Assembly (NCBI GenBank): GCA_002269645.1
Contig: NIVC01000854.1
Location: 310,001 to 374,000 of the forward strand
DNA: 64,000 bases
Source of the DNA: Macrostomum lignano
Lineage: Eukaryota
Direction: 5' to 3'
The notes under the pieces are model-generated. The model made no database searches, was not told where the DNA came from, and saw nothing but the letters and a program-made list of their open reading frames with translations. The translations under genes were made by a program, and so were the position numbers. Of this stretch, positions 36,001 through 49,779 are shown piece by piece (the first letter of the stretch is position 1; the number at the start of each line of letters is the position of its first letter).

Positions 36001-36140
36001 CGTCGCTGCGCTCGTTCCTGTTGAAACGTCACGGATTTGCGCCAGCCAGTTGCCATGGAAACGATAAGCGGCGACTGCTCTGGGCGTCCGTCTATGAGAG
36101 AAAGACATCCGTCTATAGCGTATGTCAACTAGACGCTTAA
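33094..36140 (+). CDS. NAT8/NAT14 (Camello)-like membrane-associated GNAT acetyltransferase; exons 33094-33391 and 35686-36140; 250 aa
   Basis: Phase-1 intron G|GTGAGC ... GACAG|CC. The protein has N-terminal RIRAYEAAD, a long hydrophobic segment, LWVAAL..NGNIVGVLAL, LELTHLVV..SLRRRGVGSALL and an FLLKRHGF motif. Confidence 0.85.
33955..35525. repeat. Purine-rich 40/41-bp satellite built from two TCTTCAG-headed halves, intronic
   Basis: Units are GTCTTCAGGGACAGAGAGGGGAATTCTTCAGAGAGGAGCGA and GTCTTCAGGGACAGAGAGGAGGATCTTCAGGGAGGGGCGA. Confidence 0.96.
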
Positions 36141-36816
36141 CAGTGCCTTTGGTCATGCCTTGACATTTGGCATTAATTCGACTAGTACATGCTGTATTTC
36201 GATGCGTATTATTCAGATTCTTGTGTATCGTCAAGTACACACAGGGCCTTTAACAGCAGTAAGATTTTTAGAGCCTGTATATATCTGCTCGCTTTGCATT
36301 AAACAGTCCATTCATCAACTACAGCCAGAGGTTTCCCCTGTCCTAGTGCTATCAGTATTTGTGCAAAAATATCAAGCTGCCTTGTGCGATAACTCTTGCC
36401 TGCATTTTAATAATCCCCTTTTGTTCAGACCCAACTCACTGTTCGGGTTTCTTTATTTTGGTTATGCGATAAATGCAACTTCTTTCTTAGATGTAACCAA
36501 AGTATACTGTATATTTGATGCTTCTGATAAATGTTTTAATTAGAAATTTAAACAGCAACTAAGCAATTGGTGTGTTCTATCCATGCAAGTTGTTTGTTTG
36601 ACCAGTTAAACTCTGCCAGCATTAATTAAATTTTGTGTAATAAATTTTAAAATGTGTCAAGTCAAGTCAAGTCATTTTTTGAATAGACTTTTCAATTTAT
36701 TTTGGTTTGGATAAGCAGGGAAAATTCAATGAGTTCTAAACTTGACTATCCTAACTACATATAGCTTTTGTGGTGCTGTGTGGAACAGAGGGCATGCCAA
36801 GGATCATAAGTATGTA

Positions 36817-37260
36817 CGAGGGATGTCCGGAAAGTTCTGATAGCTATAGCTACTTTTAATCCCAGAGAAAAAAACAGTAGCAGCTGCAAGCATATCTTTA
36901 GTGTCATTTTAATTAGCGGTACATCTCTTCTTTTCTATGAATTCAGTCGCGTGTATTTGGGTCATTTCATTCAAAATTTATGTGTAAAAAACCGCAATGC
37001 CACTAATAGTCTTACGGAAAAGGTTTTTTAAAAATATAAAAAGCGATGTTTTGTCCTCAAAGAAACGAATTTTAGTCATACATCATCAACCTTCAAGGCA
37101 GCCTTCTCAACATAGTCTCTGCCTGTAGCAACACACTTAATTTTCCCATCGCTTGAGCATTCCGTCTCAGTGCCTTAGACCTCTACTCCGAAGAAACTGC
37201 CATGAAAACCGTAATGTAAGGTCTTTGTCTCTGTGAAAAGATCAAACCGTTAATTCCATT
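36817..37260 (-). mobile_element. Decayed mariner 3' end
   Basis: TA|CGAGGGATGTCCGGAAAG mariner-type TIR. Minus strand 37105-37165 reads, with one frameshift, GMLKRW/KCVATGRDYVEK, the mariner transposase C-terminus. Confidence 0.7.
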
Positions 37261-37889
37261 CTGGTTCATCATTCCATACGGCTTGCTTTCTAGAGTAAAT
37301 TCAAAGGCTTGGCCATAGAACTCTATGGGCCGTTCCGTTTTGCATGCCCTCTTTTCCAGATAGCGTGAAAAAAGCGATACTAATTATTAAATGACTTAAA
37401 CTAACTGCATGTAATTTAACAAAAAACCGTCTTCCATAAGCCAAGGAATACAGTTCGCAAATTTGCATACACTTATTAGTTACAATCTACCACAACCATA
37501 CTGTAATGTTGCAAATGTACATGTAGATTTCAAACAGACTACATGTTTGTACATATTGTATATTGTAGTTTGTTTATTTAAGTTTTTGTCGAGACTTAGA
37601 CTTGGACAAATGCATACGACTGTACGACCGTAGCACTAAGGTCAGTGATTCCTAAGCATTCTTAAGACAAAAATGCGTGCCTGGTGCGTCCAGTTCAACT
37701 TCTTGTTGCAACCCACATTTCACTCCAATGGCATTCTTTTTAAATAGATTTGTTTTGTTTCCATAAGCTAGCTATAGACTGCGATGCAGTATTTTGTGCG
37801 TGCGGGCTTATAGGGTTGTGTAAGGACGCGACGTTTTGACTGACTACAGTATAGATCTGCTTTAGAAGTTCTCGTAGAACATGCTCTCC

Positions 37890-39195
37890 AGCTCGAGGCT
37901 GATTCAATGGAGGACAGGAAGCAAAAGCTGGTGGAGCATTACAGCCGTGTCCTTAACGCACCGCCACCTGCGGTTCAGATCCTCCTCCCTATCCCGGGTC
38001 TCAACCCCGCGAATGAGAGTGACTTCGATGTGGACCCATCACTGAGAGTGAAGTTCGCTACGCCCTTGACAGCTGGTGAAGCCTGATACTGCTGCGGCCG
38101 GGCCTCAATGGTATCCCTCCCAGGGTGCTCAAGCTGCCTGGGCCCTGAACTGACTGGCATCGTCACGGCTCTACTTAACATCAACTCGCCAATCGGAGGT
38201 GACCTTTCCATCCAGGCCCCACAGACCTGGCGCACCTAAAAAATTGTGTTAACCCCGAAGAAGGGCACCTCGACCGACCTGAACAACCAGAGAAGAATTG
38301 CGCTCGAGTGCGCGCTTCCTTAACTGCTCAACTCGATTCTGAGAAACCAGCTCGTGTGTGTCATCGACCTACTTCTGCTCGCCGTTCAGAGCGGATTTCG
38401 GCCGGGCCAGTCTATCACCTAGCAAATCGCAACCGTCCAGTGGATTGTCGAAACATGCAGGCTGAGACACACGATGTCAGCATTATCTTTGTTGATTTCA
38501 TTAATTAGCTTTTGACACCATCGAACGCTGTCATCCCCCTTATTCTTGCCGCTTACGGAGTTCCTCGAGCCCCTATCTGCGCGGTGATGGACCTATATAT
38601 AGTAACATCAAAGCTTTTTTCCAGCTCTGCGAAGATCGCATAGATGACTTCTCCACCAGCTCTGGCGTCCTGCAAGGGGACACCCTCGCCCCTTCCATCT
38701 TCATCGTTGTGCTCGATTACGTCCTCCGTCGCGTGCTCGAGAAAGAAGACGGTTTTGTCGTCGCACGCCGCAGGAGCCGACGTTTTCCCGGTGTCACGAT
38801 CGCTGCCTCCTGATTCATGCGGACGACATCGCCCTCTCCTGCCGAGACCCGGAAGCCGCGCACAGCGCACACTCAATTCCGCCTCTGTCAAGAAGGCGAG
38901 CGAGTAGGCTTGAGAATCAGCGCCAAAAAACCTAGGTCCTACACATCGGCATCACGGACGCCTCTGCTCTGATCTTCCCTACAGCGGCGACACCATTGTA
39001 GAGTGCCGCGGGAGTTCCGCTACCTCGGCTCGACCTTGTTGCCCCTACAGATGAAATCATTGCGGACCGGCGTGGACAATCCTGGAGGGCAGCTGGCCAG
39101 CTCAGCCCTGCCTTCACCTAATCGATGGAGACCAGCTCAAACTCTGCATCTTCCGAGCTGCGGTCGAGTCCATCTTCCTCTACGGCCTCTACGGC
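37890..39195 (+). pseudogene. Degenerate RTE-clade LINE reverse transcriptase fragment
   Basis: Across frameshifts and stops it reads GIPPRVLKL, PKKG, QSGFRPG, IIFVDF, GVLQGDTLAP, ADDIAL and FRYLGS. Confidence 0.9.
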
Positions 39196-39204
39196 TGTAG
39201 AGAT

Positions 39205-39410
39205 CTAGACTGCAGAAACGTATTTATTGCCCACTCGGGCCTTGGCCATAGACTACAGAAACATATTTGTTCCCTAATCGGGTCTGGCCATAGACTACAG
39301 AAACGCATTTATTCACCAATCGGGCTTGGCCATAGACTACAGAAACGTATTTATTGTCCACTTCGGCTTGGCCATACGCTCGTAGACTAAAGAAACGTAT
39401 TTATTCCAGA
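39205..39410. repeat. About 41-bp degenerate repeat (GGCCATAGACTACAGAAACGTATTTATT...), 4-5 copies
   Basis: Direct reading. Confidence 0.8.
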
Positions 39411-40320
39411 AACGAGTCCTCAGCCGTTAGCGTCCACAATAAACAAAACAAGAGGGAAACAACATACATGTACACTCCCTATAGCATGGTCACTTATCAA
39501 ATTCAGCACTGCTTGAACCATGCGAGATCACATGACGTGAGATTGGCTTGTGTAGTATTGATGGTGCTACTACTACGAGCGTATGTATCAGTATAATTCA
39601 TGCATGAGTTGAAAAATGTACATGGCGTATCGTGTGCCTATGAGGCGCACTTTTGCCTAATTTATGATAGACGGTCATGTTTAATTAGCACTTGCTGTAA
39701 CAAACAGTCCCAGTTCAGCTATTCGTCAGAAGTTCATGCCGAACAACAGCTGGGTTCAGCAAAACAGAGCGCTAACTATTCTGCAAACTTTGTTTTGACT
39801 GCATCGCAAGTTAATTTCCTCTCAAATATAAGTGCATTTGAAGGCGCAGTGCATTTAATCATTGGTGTTGGGCGAAAAACTTCAAATAAAATTTTCTTAA
39901 CACGGCTGCACCAAGCTCTACGCTCTACTATTTGTAATTTCTAAACTTTTCCAACTGTGGAGTCTCGATTGATTAGCGAAATAATTCATGCATGACAGGG
40001 AAAGAAAGGGCAGTTCGATATCAGTACGTACACTAACCGATTTAATTGTTTTTGTAGCACGCGTGTACTTTGGAATGGAACACATCGGGGTGTTTTCTGT
40101 GTTTTAGATTGCTTCAAATATTAGCTTTAGTGTTGGCTATTCTTAATGAAGTGCGCATGATTCTTCAGATCCTAATCGATCGATTTAGAATTTGAGTTAT
40201 TTGAGTTTCATGGTTAACTTCAGTTACTTTCCGCGTATACTCATTGACCAGCTACTTAAGTTACTCGTTAATCAATGCATTACTTACTTATTGCATTACT
40301 TGAGTTACTCGTCAAACATA

Positions 40321-40632
40321 AATAATAATAATTGATTGCACCTGCCCCAATGGGCAGATGTGCAGCCGAAAACTCAGCCGCAGCTATTGCGCGGCGCATC
40401 TGAAGTCTGCAACGTACGGCTGTTCAGTCCATGGACTGAGGGGGAGGGTCGCCACACACACCCTCAATTACCCCAGCTAATGCTGGCACCCATTTTACAG
40501 AATTACAGCTGAATTGATCGAGCTGAAACAATGTAAAGTTAATTGCCTTGCTCAAGGACACAAATTGTTCCGAGTAAGTCAAGGTTCGAACCCCCGACCT
40601 TTCAGTCGTGAGTCTGACGCTCTAACCACTCG
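40321..40632 (-). mobile_element. tRNA-derived SINE family 1, copy retaining the CORE-like domain
   Basis: Minus strand has A/B boxes (TGGTTAGAGCG, GGTTCGAACC), then TGTGTCCTTGAGCAAGGCAATTAAC...CTGTAAAATGGG, and an (ATT)n tail. Confidence 0.88.
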
Positions 40633-41149
40633 AGTCTTACAAACCCCTAATTTAATGGGGTGTTAAACAAGAAAACGTTGATATGTCTTTGCAAAAATAA
40701 TTAAGTAATATCAAGACGAATTCGCTATGATCGCGATTACTTTCCTATTTACTTTTTAGCAGACATGGAAAGACATTTAATGTAGATAATTTCTAGTAAT
40801 TGTTCATTTCAACAAGCCCGGAAGCGCGCATGAACGCGCGGAGACCATTATTTTAAAAGCATGCATATGGCCGCGCCAGGTTCCGCCTTTCCGCGCCAAC
40901 GGTTCCTACCCCCCCCCCCCTGCAGCGTTGTACCATTCGCGGCGAGTCTCGCGCTAGCCGGCTCCCCTGCCAGTATAAAATTGCTTCCCTTGGCCAGTGG
41001 GAGGTCTACTTCCCGAATCCCGACCTTCGTCAGCTTTCCCCCTAAAAAATTTCCTGGCACAGAGAGCCTACCCTGCCCTATAGAAGCCCGGTGACTGCTT
41101 TATTCTTCAACTCCGCACTGGCATGCCCCGTTTCATACCATTAGCGGCC

Positions 41150-41700
41150 TTGCGGTTTCTGACTTCGCCCATCTCTGCTGCTATTCGATTGACAACCTCT
41201 ACCAAATTATAAAAGCTCTCCTCACTCTGTTAAATAAAGGCTTGCACGCTTTGAACTGCATCTTTTTTTAGCCAGAAGTTGCTAGGCCTATTTTAACAGT
41301 CTCGATTTTTATATTGGACCAGTCTTCTTTGGTAAGTGACGTTGGGTTGCTTCGCGTCGTAAATGATTTGCGTTTAGCGCTCAAGTACAACTAAATTGGC
41401 TTGGCATACTAGTAGCTGGGCATGTATTGCAGACGCTAAAAGCTCCTTGACATAATATACGGACCCTTTATCAAAGTCGCTTCGTTCCATCGCATGCGAT
41501 AATCAATCAGAATTACATCGGGCTTTTAGTACGAGATCAAAAGCTGGATTGCCCGTTTCGATTTTTCCGAAATCGTTTCTACTCGTCCGAAAAGTGCTTC
41601 GGCATTTGTAGCTGCCTCCGCATTCTTGTATCGTACTTGGTAAGCTTAGCGTTTGTTTTTCTGGACTCGGTGACCTAACCTCTATTGATGGATTCGTCTG
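41150..41700 (-). pseudogene. Decayed hAT transposase fragment
   Basis: Minus strand reads VILIDYRMRWN...MSRSF*RL and SLTKEDWSNIK, resembling hAT D..TRWNS..ML.RFL and LT.E.W motifs. Multiple stops. Confidence 0.5.
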
Positions 41701-41889
41701 GAGTAGATCGGTGGTAACAGCACTGAAAAATTTCTGGTTTAATTCTTGCTTTCTGCAGCCAATTTGACAGTGATGAGAGTGAAAATTCGGTTATATAGGG
41801 GGTAACGTAAATGGAAGTCAGGTGCTAAGCACAATTTACAGACACTTCAGATTTCTGTCTCAACGCTAAAAATACTAGTGTTATAGTTA

Positions 41890-42194
41890 GGACAACCTCT
41901 AAAGTCTAATTCAGACATCGAAGAATGTCGCTTGTACAGAATATCGCTTTTTGCAGCCTATTTGGGTCTAAGCGCATTGAATTTAATCCAAGATACGTTT
42001 GCCAATGTAACGGAGCTTTTGTCTATGGTAGCAAGGCTGGCACAGAGGCAAATTGATTGGCATTACATTGGCGTTACATTGGCAAACGTATCTTGGATTA
42101 AATTCAATGCGCATAGACCCAAATAGGCTGCAAAAAGCGATATTCTGTACAAGTGACATTCTTCGATGTCTGAATTAGACTTTAGAGGTTGTCC
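41890..42194. mobile_element. 305-bp foldback MITE with about 125-bp TIRs and TA TSD
   Basis: TA|GGACAACCTCTAAAGTCTAATTCAGACATCG... is mirrored by ...GAATTAGACTTTAGAGGTTGTCC|TA, with arms nearly identical. Confidence 0.92.
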
Positions 42195-42794
42195 TAATTC
42201 CGCCCACTATTTGTTTACCAATTTTATCCTAAATTAACTCAACTAATTTATACTTTTCCTATAGTTGTAGACCTATTCATAGAAATATTTTGATTGCTTT
42301 CATCAGCAAGCACCAGAGAGAGGCTTATAAAGACGTTTTCCTATTTTTTGGCTAAGTAAATCAAGGCTGTATTTCAGTCCAAGACTTCTTGATTTGCAAG
42401 CTGAGATATGACCCGAGCTTCAAACATAAATTTTGACTTACGATCGAGACTCAAAAGCTATATCTCAAGCAGCTATAGATATCATCAATCAAGATTGAGA
42501 GGCTTTTGTGCAGACATTCGTTCTAACCGCCATATAGTTTATAAAACGATGTTCAAAATTATGTTTTGGCTAACAAAAGCGCGAATATGCTCATAATTGT
42601 TTAAGACTGTTCTCAAGATTTTTCTGATCCCATTATAAAGTGAAGATTTTATCTTTTCTCTTAGAAGTCGGCATGTATTGATTGTACGAGCGTATACCAG
42701 TTTGCAATAATTCCAATGGTCGTAAACACAGATTTACGATATCGTAAAATTGACTTACGCCAAAAAGCTCGTATATTGTTCTCTTATTCTCTTA

Positions 42795-43885
42795 GACAGG
42801 GACACCCAACAAGAGACAGGAGCGTTCACCAAGAGACAGGGGCGTCCACCAAGAGACAGGGACCAAGAGACAGGGGCGTCCACCAAGAGACAGTGGCGTT
42901 CACCAATAGACAGTGGGGGCCACCAAGAGACAGGGACACCCACCAAGAGACAGGGGAGTTCACCAAGAGACAGTGGCGTTCACCAATAGACAGTGGGGGC
43001 CACCAAGAGACAGGGACACTCACCAAGAGACAGGGGCGTCCACCAAGAGACAGTGGGGGCCACCAAGAGACAGGGACACTCACCAAGAGACAGGGACACC
43101 CACCAAGAGACAGGGGCGTCCACCAAGAGACAGGGGCGTCCACCAAGAGACAGGGGAGTTCACCAAGAGACAGGGGAGTTCACCAAGAGACAGGGGAGTT
43201 CACCAATAGACAGTGGGTGCCACCAAGAGTCAGGGACACCCACCAAGAGACAGGGACACCAACTAAGTGACAGGGGCGTCCACCAAGAGACAGGGACACC
43301 CACCAAGAGACAGGGGCGTTCACCAAGAGACAGAAGCGTTCACCAACAGACAGTGGGTGCCACCAAGAAACAGGGACACCCACCAAGAGACAGGGCGCCC
43401 ACCAAGAGACAGTGGGTGCCACCAAGAGACAGTAGGTGCCACCAAGAGACAGGGCGCCCACCAAGAGACAGTGGGTGCCACCAAGAGACAGTGGGTGCCA
43501 CCAAGAGACAGTGGGTGCCACCAAGAGACAGTGGGTGCCACCAAGAGACAGTGGGTGCCACCAAGAGACAGTGGGTGCCACCAAGAGACAGGGGCCCACC
43601 AAGAGACAGGGACACCCACCAAGAGACAGGGCGCCCACCAAGAGACAGGGCGCCCACCAAGAGACAGTGGTGCCACCAAGAGACAGTGGGTGCCACCAAG
43701 AGACAGGGCGCCCACCAAGAGACAGTGGGTGCCACCAAGAGACAGTGGGTGCCACCAAGAGACAGGAGCGTCCACCAAGAGACAGGGCGCCCACCAAGAG
43801 ACAGGGCGCCCACCAAGATACAGGGACACCCACTAAGAGACAGGGACATCAACCAAGCGAGAGGGACATCAACCAAGCGACAGGA
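42795..43885. repeat. 19-22 bp variant minisatellite with CCACCAAGAGACAG core
   Basis: About 52 units with patchwork variants. Confidence 0.97.
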
Positions 43886-44803
43886 ACACCCAACAAGGAA
43901 ACAGGAAAACAGTAAATTCCTCATCATGTGGTAAACGGTTAGATTTAGCTTCAACTGCAGATACAATATTTTATTGATAGTCAAAGGTCCAAGTTTAGCT
44001 TCAAATGTTTATACACGTAAAGCACATTAATGACCCATGCAGTCTTAAGTTTGATTGCAAGTTGGATCCCACTAAAGAACGCATAATCGTTCAACTGCAA
44101 TACAAAATGTATAAGTTAGCAGAGTCCTTGCTATGCAGATCATATTTTTTGTTAGAGGTTGAATTTCGGTAGCGATTTAAAAATTTTTTTCCCTTAGTGT
44201 CCTCTAGCCATGACTTATGAAAAACTTCCAGTCACAAAGACAGCTGTGCTACACAGCATGTGCTCAGCTCACTTCAAGTGCCAAGTGCATTGCAGCAAGC
44301 TATACACAGCAAAGTAGTTTTGAGTACAGTACTTCCATATATGGACAGTCGCACTAAAGCCTCTCAGTGCCTCTGGAATGCATATCACTTTTTTACTATG
44401 CAAGCGGGCCTTGTATAGCTGTACTGTAATTATGCTATCAGCAACGACTGTCCAAAAAAGATTGGCGTGAGCGCTGGCTATGAGACATATTATTAGTTCC
44501 TGAGCCCAGTGCGGTAATCAACTGACTGCAATTTACTAAAATTGTCCTCTCTGTGCACTCATATGATGATGACATTGTGTGCTTATTCGTAATCACAGCT
44601 CTGCTCTTGATAGGCAGCTGCTATATCCGACAATCAACTCTCATGAGATGCGTTCGCGTATAACATAGTTCTCAAATTATGTAGTGACTACTCATCGCCA
44701 AAAGTATCGCATGGACATTCTTGAAAAATGAGTAAATAGTGTTCAATCATTTTCTGACATAATTGATGCTATGACGATTCAGTTCAAGCTGTAACAGATA
44801 TTA

Positions 44804-47283
<2,480 letters not shown>

Positions 47284-48045
47284 GTCAGTGATCGGTGAAA
47301 GCCAAGTATCTGCTTTGACCAGACGAATCGATTCGCTACCATATTCATTGGAATCTGCTTTTTACCGTTTTTATTTTGACAAAGCAGAGCATGTCCTCAT
47401 TAGCACAAGACACGAATAAAAAGCATCGGAAGCATAGCATTGATAGAAAAATGATTAACAAGGAATGTGACTTGCAGTTACAGGCAACGCATCTGTGCCC
47501 GAGGTCCTGCAAATTGTGCTAATAGCTCCAATGTTCTGCTTTCCAGCAGGTGTTGAAGGGACACCAGCTGAACTAAACTGGAATCACCAGAAACGTTTAA
47601 ATCCCTCTTGGAAAAAAACTTTGTAGATGCAAAGTGAAGGAACTTGGCCTGCTTTCCTCTCTCTGTCTCTGTAAAGCAAAATCAGAAAAGTACAAACAAT
47701 TTTCGGGATTCATTGGCTGGCAGTTCGGTTTTGACGGATCCATTGGTCCCAGGGGAGATTCAATTCCCAGGACCTAATTAAAACGGAAAAACAACAGCTG
47801 ATGCCGTCTCTGCGCTTCTCTGTACCGCGTCGGAGCGTTTCTGAATTTTTTTTTAGAAAATTTGCGAATACCTAAATTTGTGTATCGCTGTGCAATGGGG
47901 TCGATTCAATCGATCACTTGAAACGATTTATAACATAAGACATATTTGAACAATTCCTAGCAAGGTGCACTCAATTTGCACTCAATTTCCTTAGTTGAAT
48001 TAAATCCTATTTAATTCAAATTCCAGCTGAGAACACTGCTGGGCA

Positions 48046-48240
48046 GGGTCCGCAGCCCAGTGGCTTAGCGCCTTGAGGGCCAACCCCCCCCCCCCAAAGG
48101 CACAGTGAAGTGTACATGCCTAACGATAAATAAAGTTAGGGCCGCTGTACACTCTTGTGCGAGTGCCTGTGCGTATGACTGCGTACATATCCGCGCGCTT
48201 GTTTGCCTGCTCAGGGGAGTCGGCGGAATGAGCAGTAATT
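48046..48240 (+). mobile_element. SINE family 2 copy, internally deleted and 3'-truncated
   Basis: The head GCAGCCCAGTGG is joined directly to CCTTGAG.GCCAACCCC. The body matches 5140-5290. Confidence 0.85.
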
Positions 48241-49779
48241 GTTCAAAATGTATATGGTAATTTACGTTAAGGTAATGACATTCAAGCAATTACCGGTCAT
48301 TGTTTGAAATTGACAATAAAGCAATTTACCGGGAAATCCTTTTAGAAAACGAATGAGTGTATGAGCGTAAAACAAAATAGCGTAGTAGCTCGTAGCAGTG
48401 TCGATGTAAAGGTTTTTACAATGTCCCCATTGAGTGAAAATCAGAAATTGAGTTTAATCTGACAAACTAAAATACAGAATCACTCTCAGTGCAAGCCGTG
48501 CGTGCAAACAAAGGTGTCAAATTAAGCGTTGCATCGGTGTATCCGATTTTTCATCAAGTGTAAAGTGGTTTTTCAAAACAATTTCTGAGGGGCCAAATTG
48601 CATGCTGATTGCTGACAGGCTGTTTTTTAACTGTAGAAATACTGGGACAAGATATTGAGACTCATTCAACAAGGCATCTCACGCATGCGATCATATTGTG
48701 TCCTCCGCCTCACACTAGAAAAAGGGAATTTTGTTAAAAAATACTTCATGATTTTTAGCTGCGTCTACCTTGAGCCCTCGCAATGGCGCTCCATTGTAAT
48801 AGAATACAATAAGCTGCATCAGAACAGAATTCAGCTGTCTCTTTTCGCTTTCATGAATTTTTCTATTTGAAACAACAATGCGGGTTTCCTACAGACTGTT
48901 TTTCTAGTTGAAAAGCAAAAATCTCTCCATCGCTCGATGCTTTTGTCTCTTCATCGAAAAGGAATAGCGGCAATTTGCTAGTGCCTACGGCATTCTAGAA
49001 ATCATTCTAGGGCTCACCTTTCTTTAGAGCAAATTAATGCTTTCCTTATATAGAAGCACAGAAAATCACCGATCCGCGTCACAAAACCTGCCGAGCTTGG
49101 ATTAGTCCGCTCCGATAATTGATTTGATTGATCATCTGAATTCAAAGCTTTTGTATCATACTAACGTATTTCAAGTTCAACAGTGCCTATCGATGCATGA
49201 CTGACGATTGCCGCGAGAGCTTCGCGAGTGCTGATTACAAAAGATCAATTCGAAGCGTTTCTGGCAGTCTTGTTTGCCTTGTAGCTTTTATAATTTTTCA
49301 TTGCGATTGAGATCTCCGCACACTTCGATATAAAAGCCATTTGCCGCGGGGTCTTAGTATAAAAATATTCTCAATTCTACCTAATGAAGCAATTCTGCGC
49401 CCATTCTCCTGACTCCTGAACACATACAATCGCGCTAATACTGTACGCAGGCAGCACTCATGCACACGCTCACACTGGATGCACAGGGGCCCTGACTGGT
49501 TCGTCTAGCATGTACACTCTCTGTGCCTTCATGGTTCTTTCACAATCCCCAAAGTAATCAAGACGTGAACAGAATCCTACCTGGGATCGTGACGCGACAG
49601 TCAGCTGCTTTGTCCCTCGGGGTCCAGTAGCAATCTGCTAGCTTTATTGATGATTTTACGAGTTGTCAATTTGATGATTCAGAAAAGTCCCCGCCCCGGC
49701 CGAGGGCGCGGTTCAAAGCAGGCATGAACCCCCCCCCCCCCCAATCTGGCTAATAAACAGAGTTTTTCCTCTTCTCCAG

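Noticed and set aside
42716-43984. Many overlapping ORFs on both strands, likewise at 7260-7674, 10180-10901 and 19695-20308
   Set aside because: Minisatellite translations.
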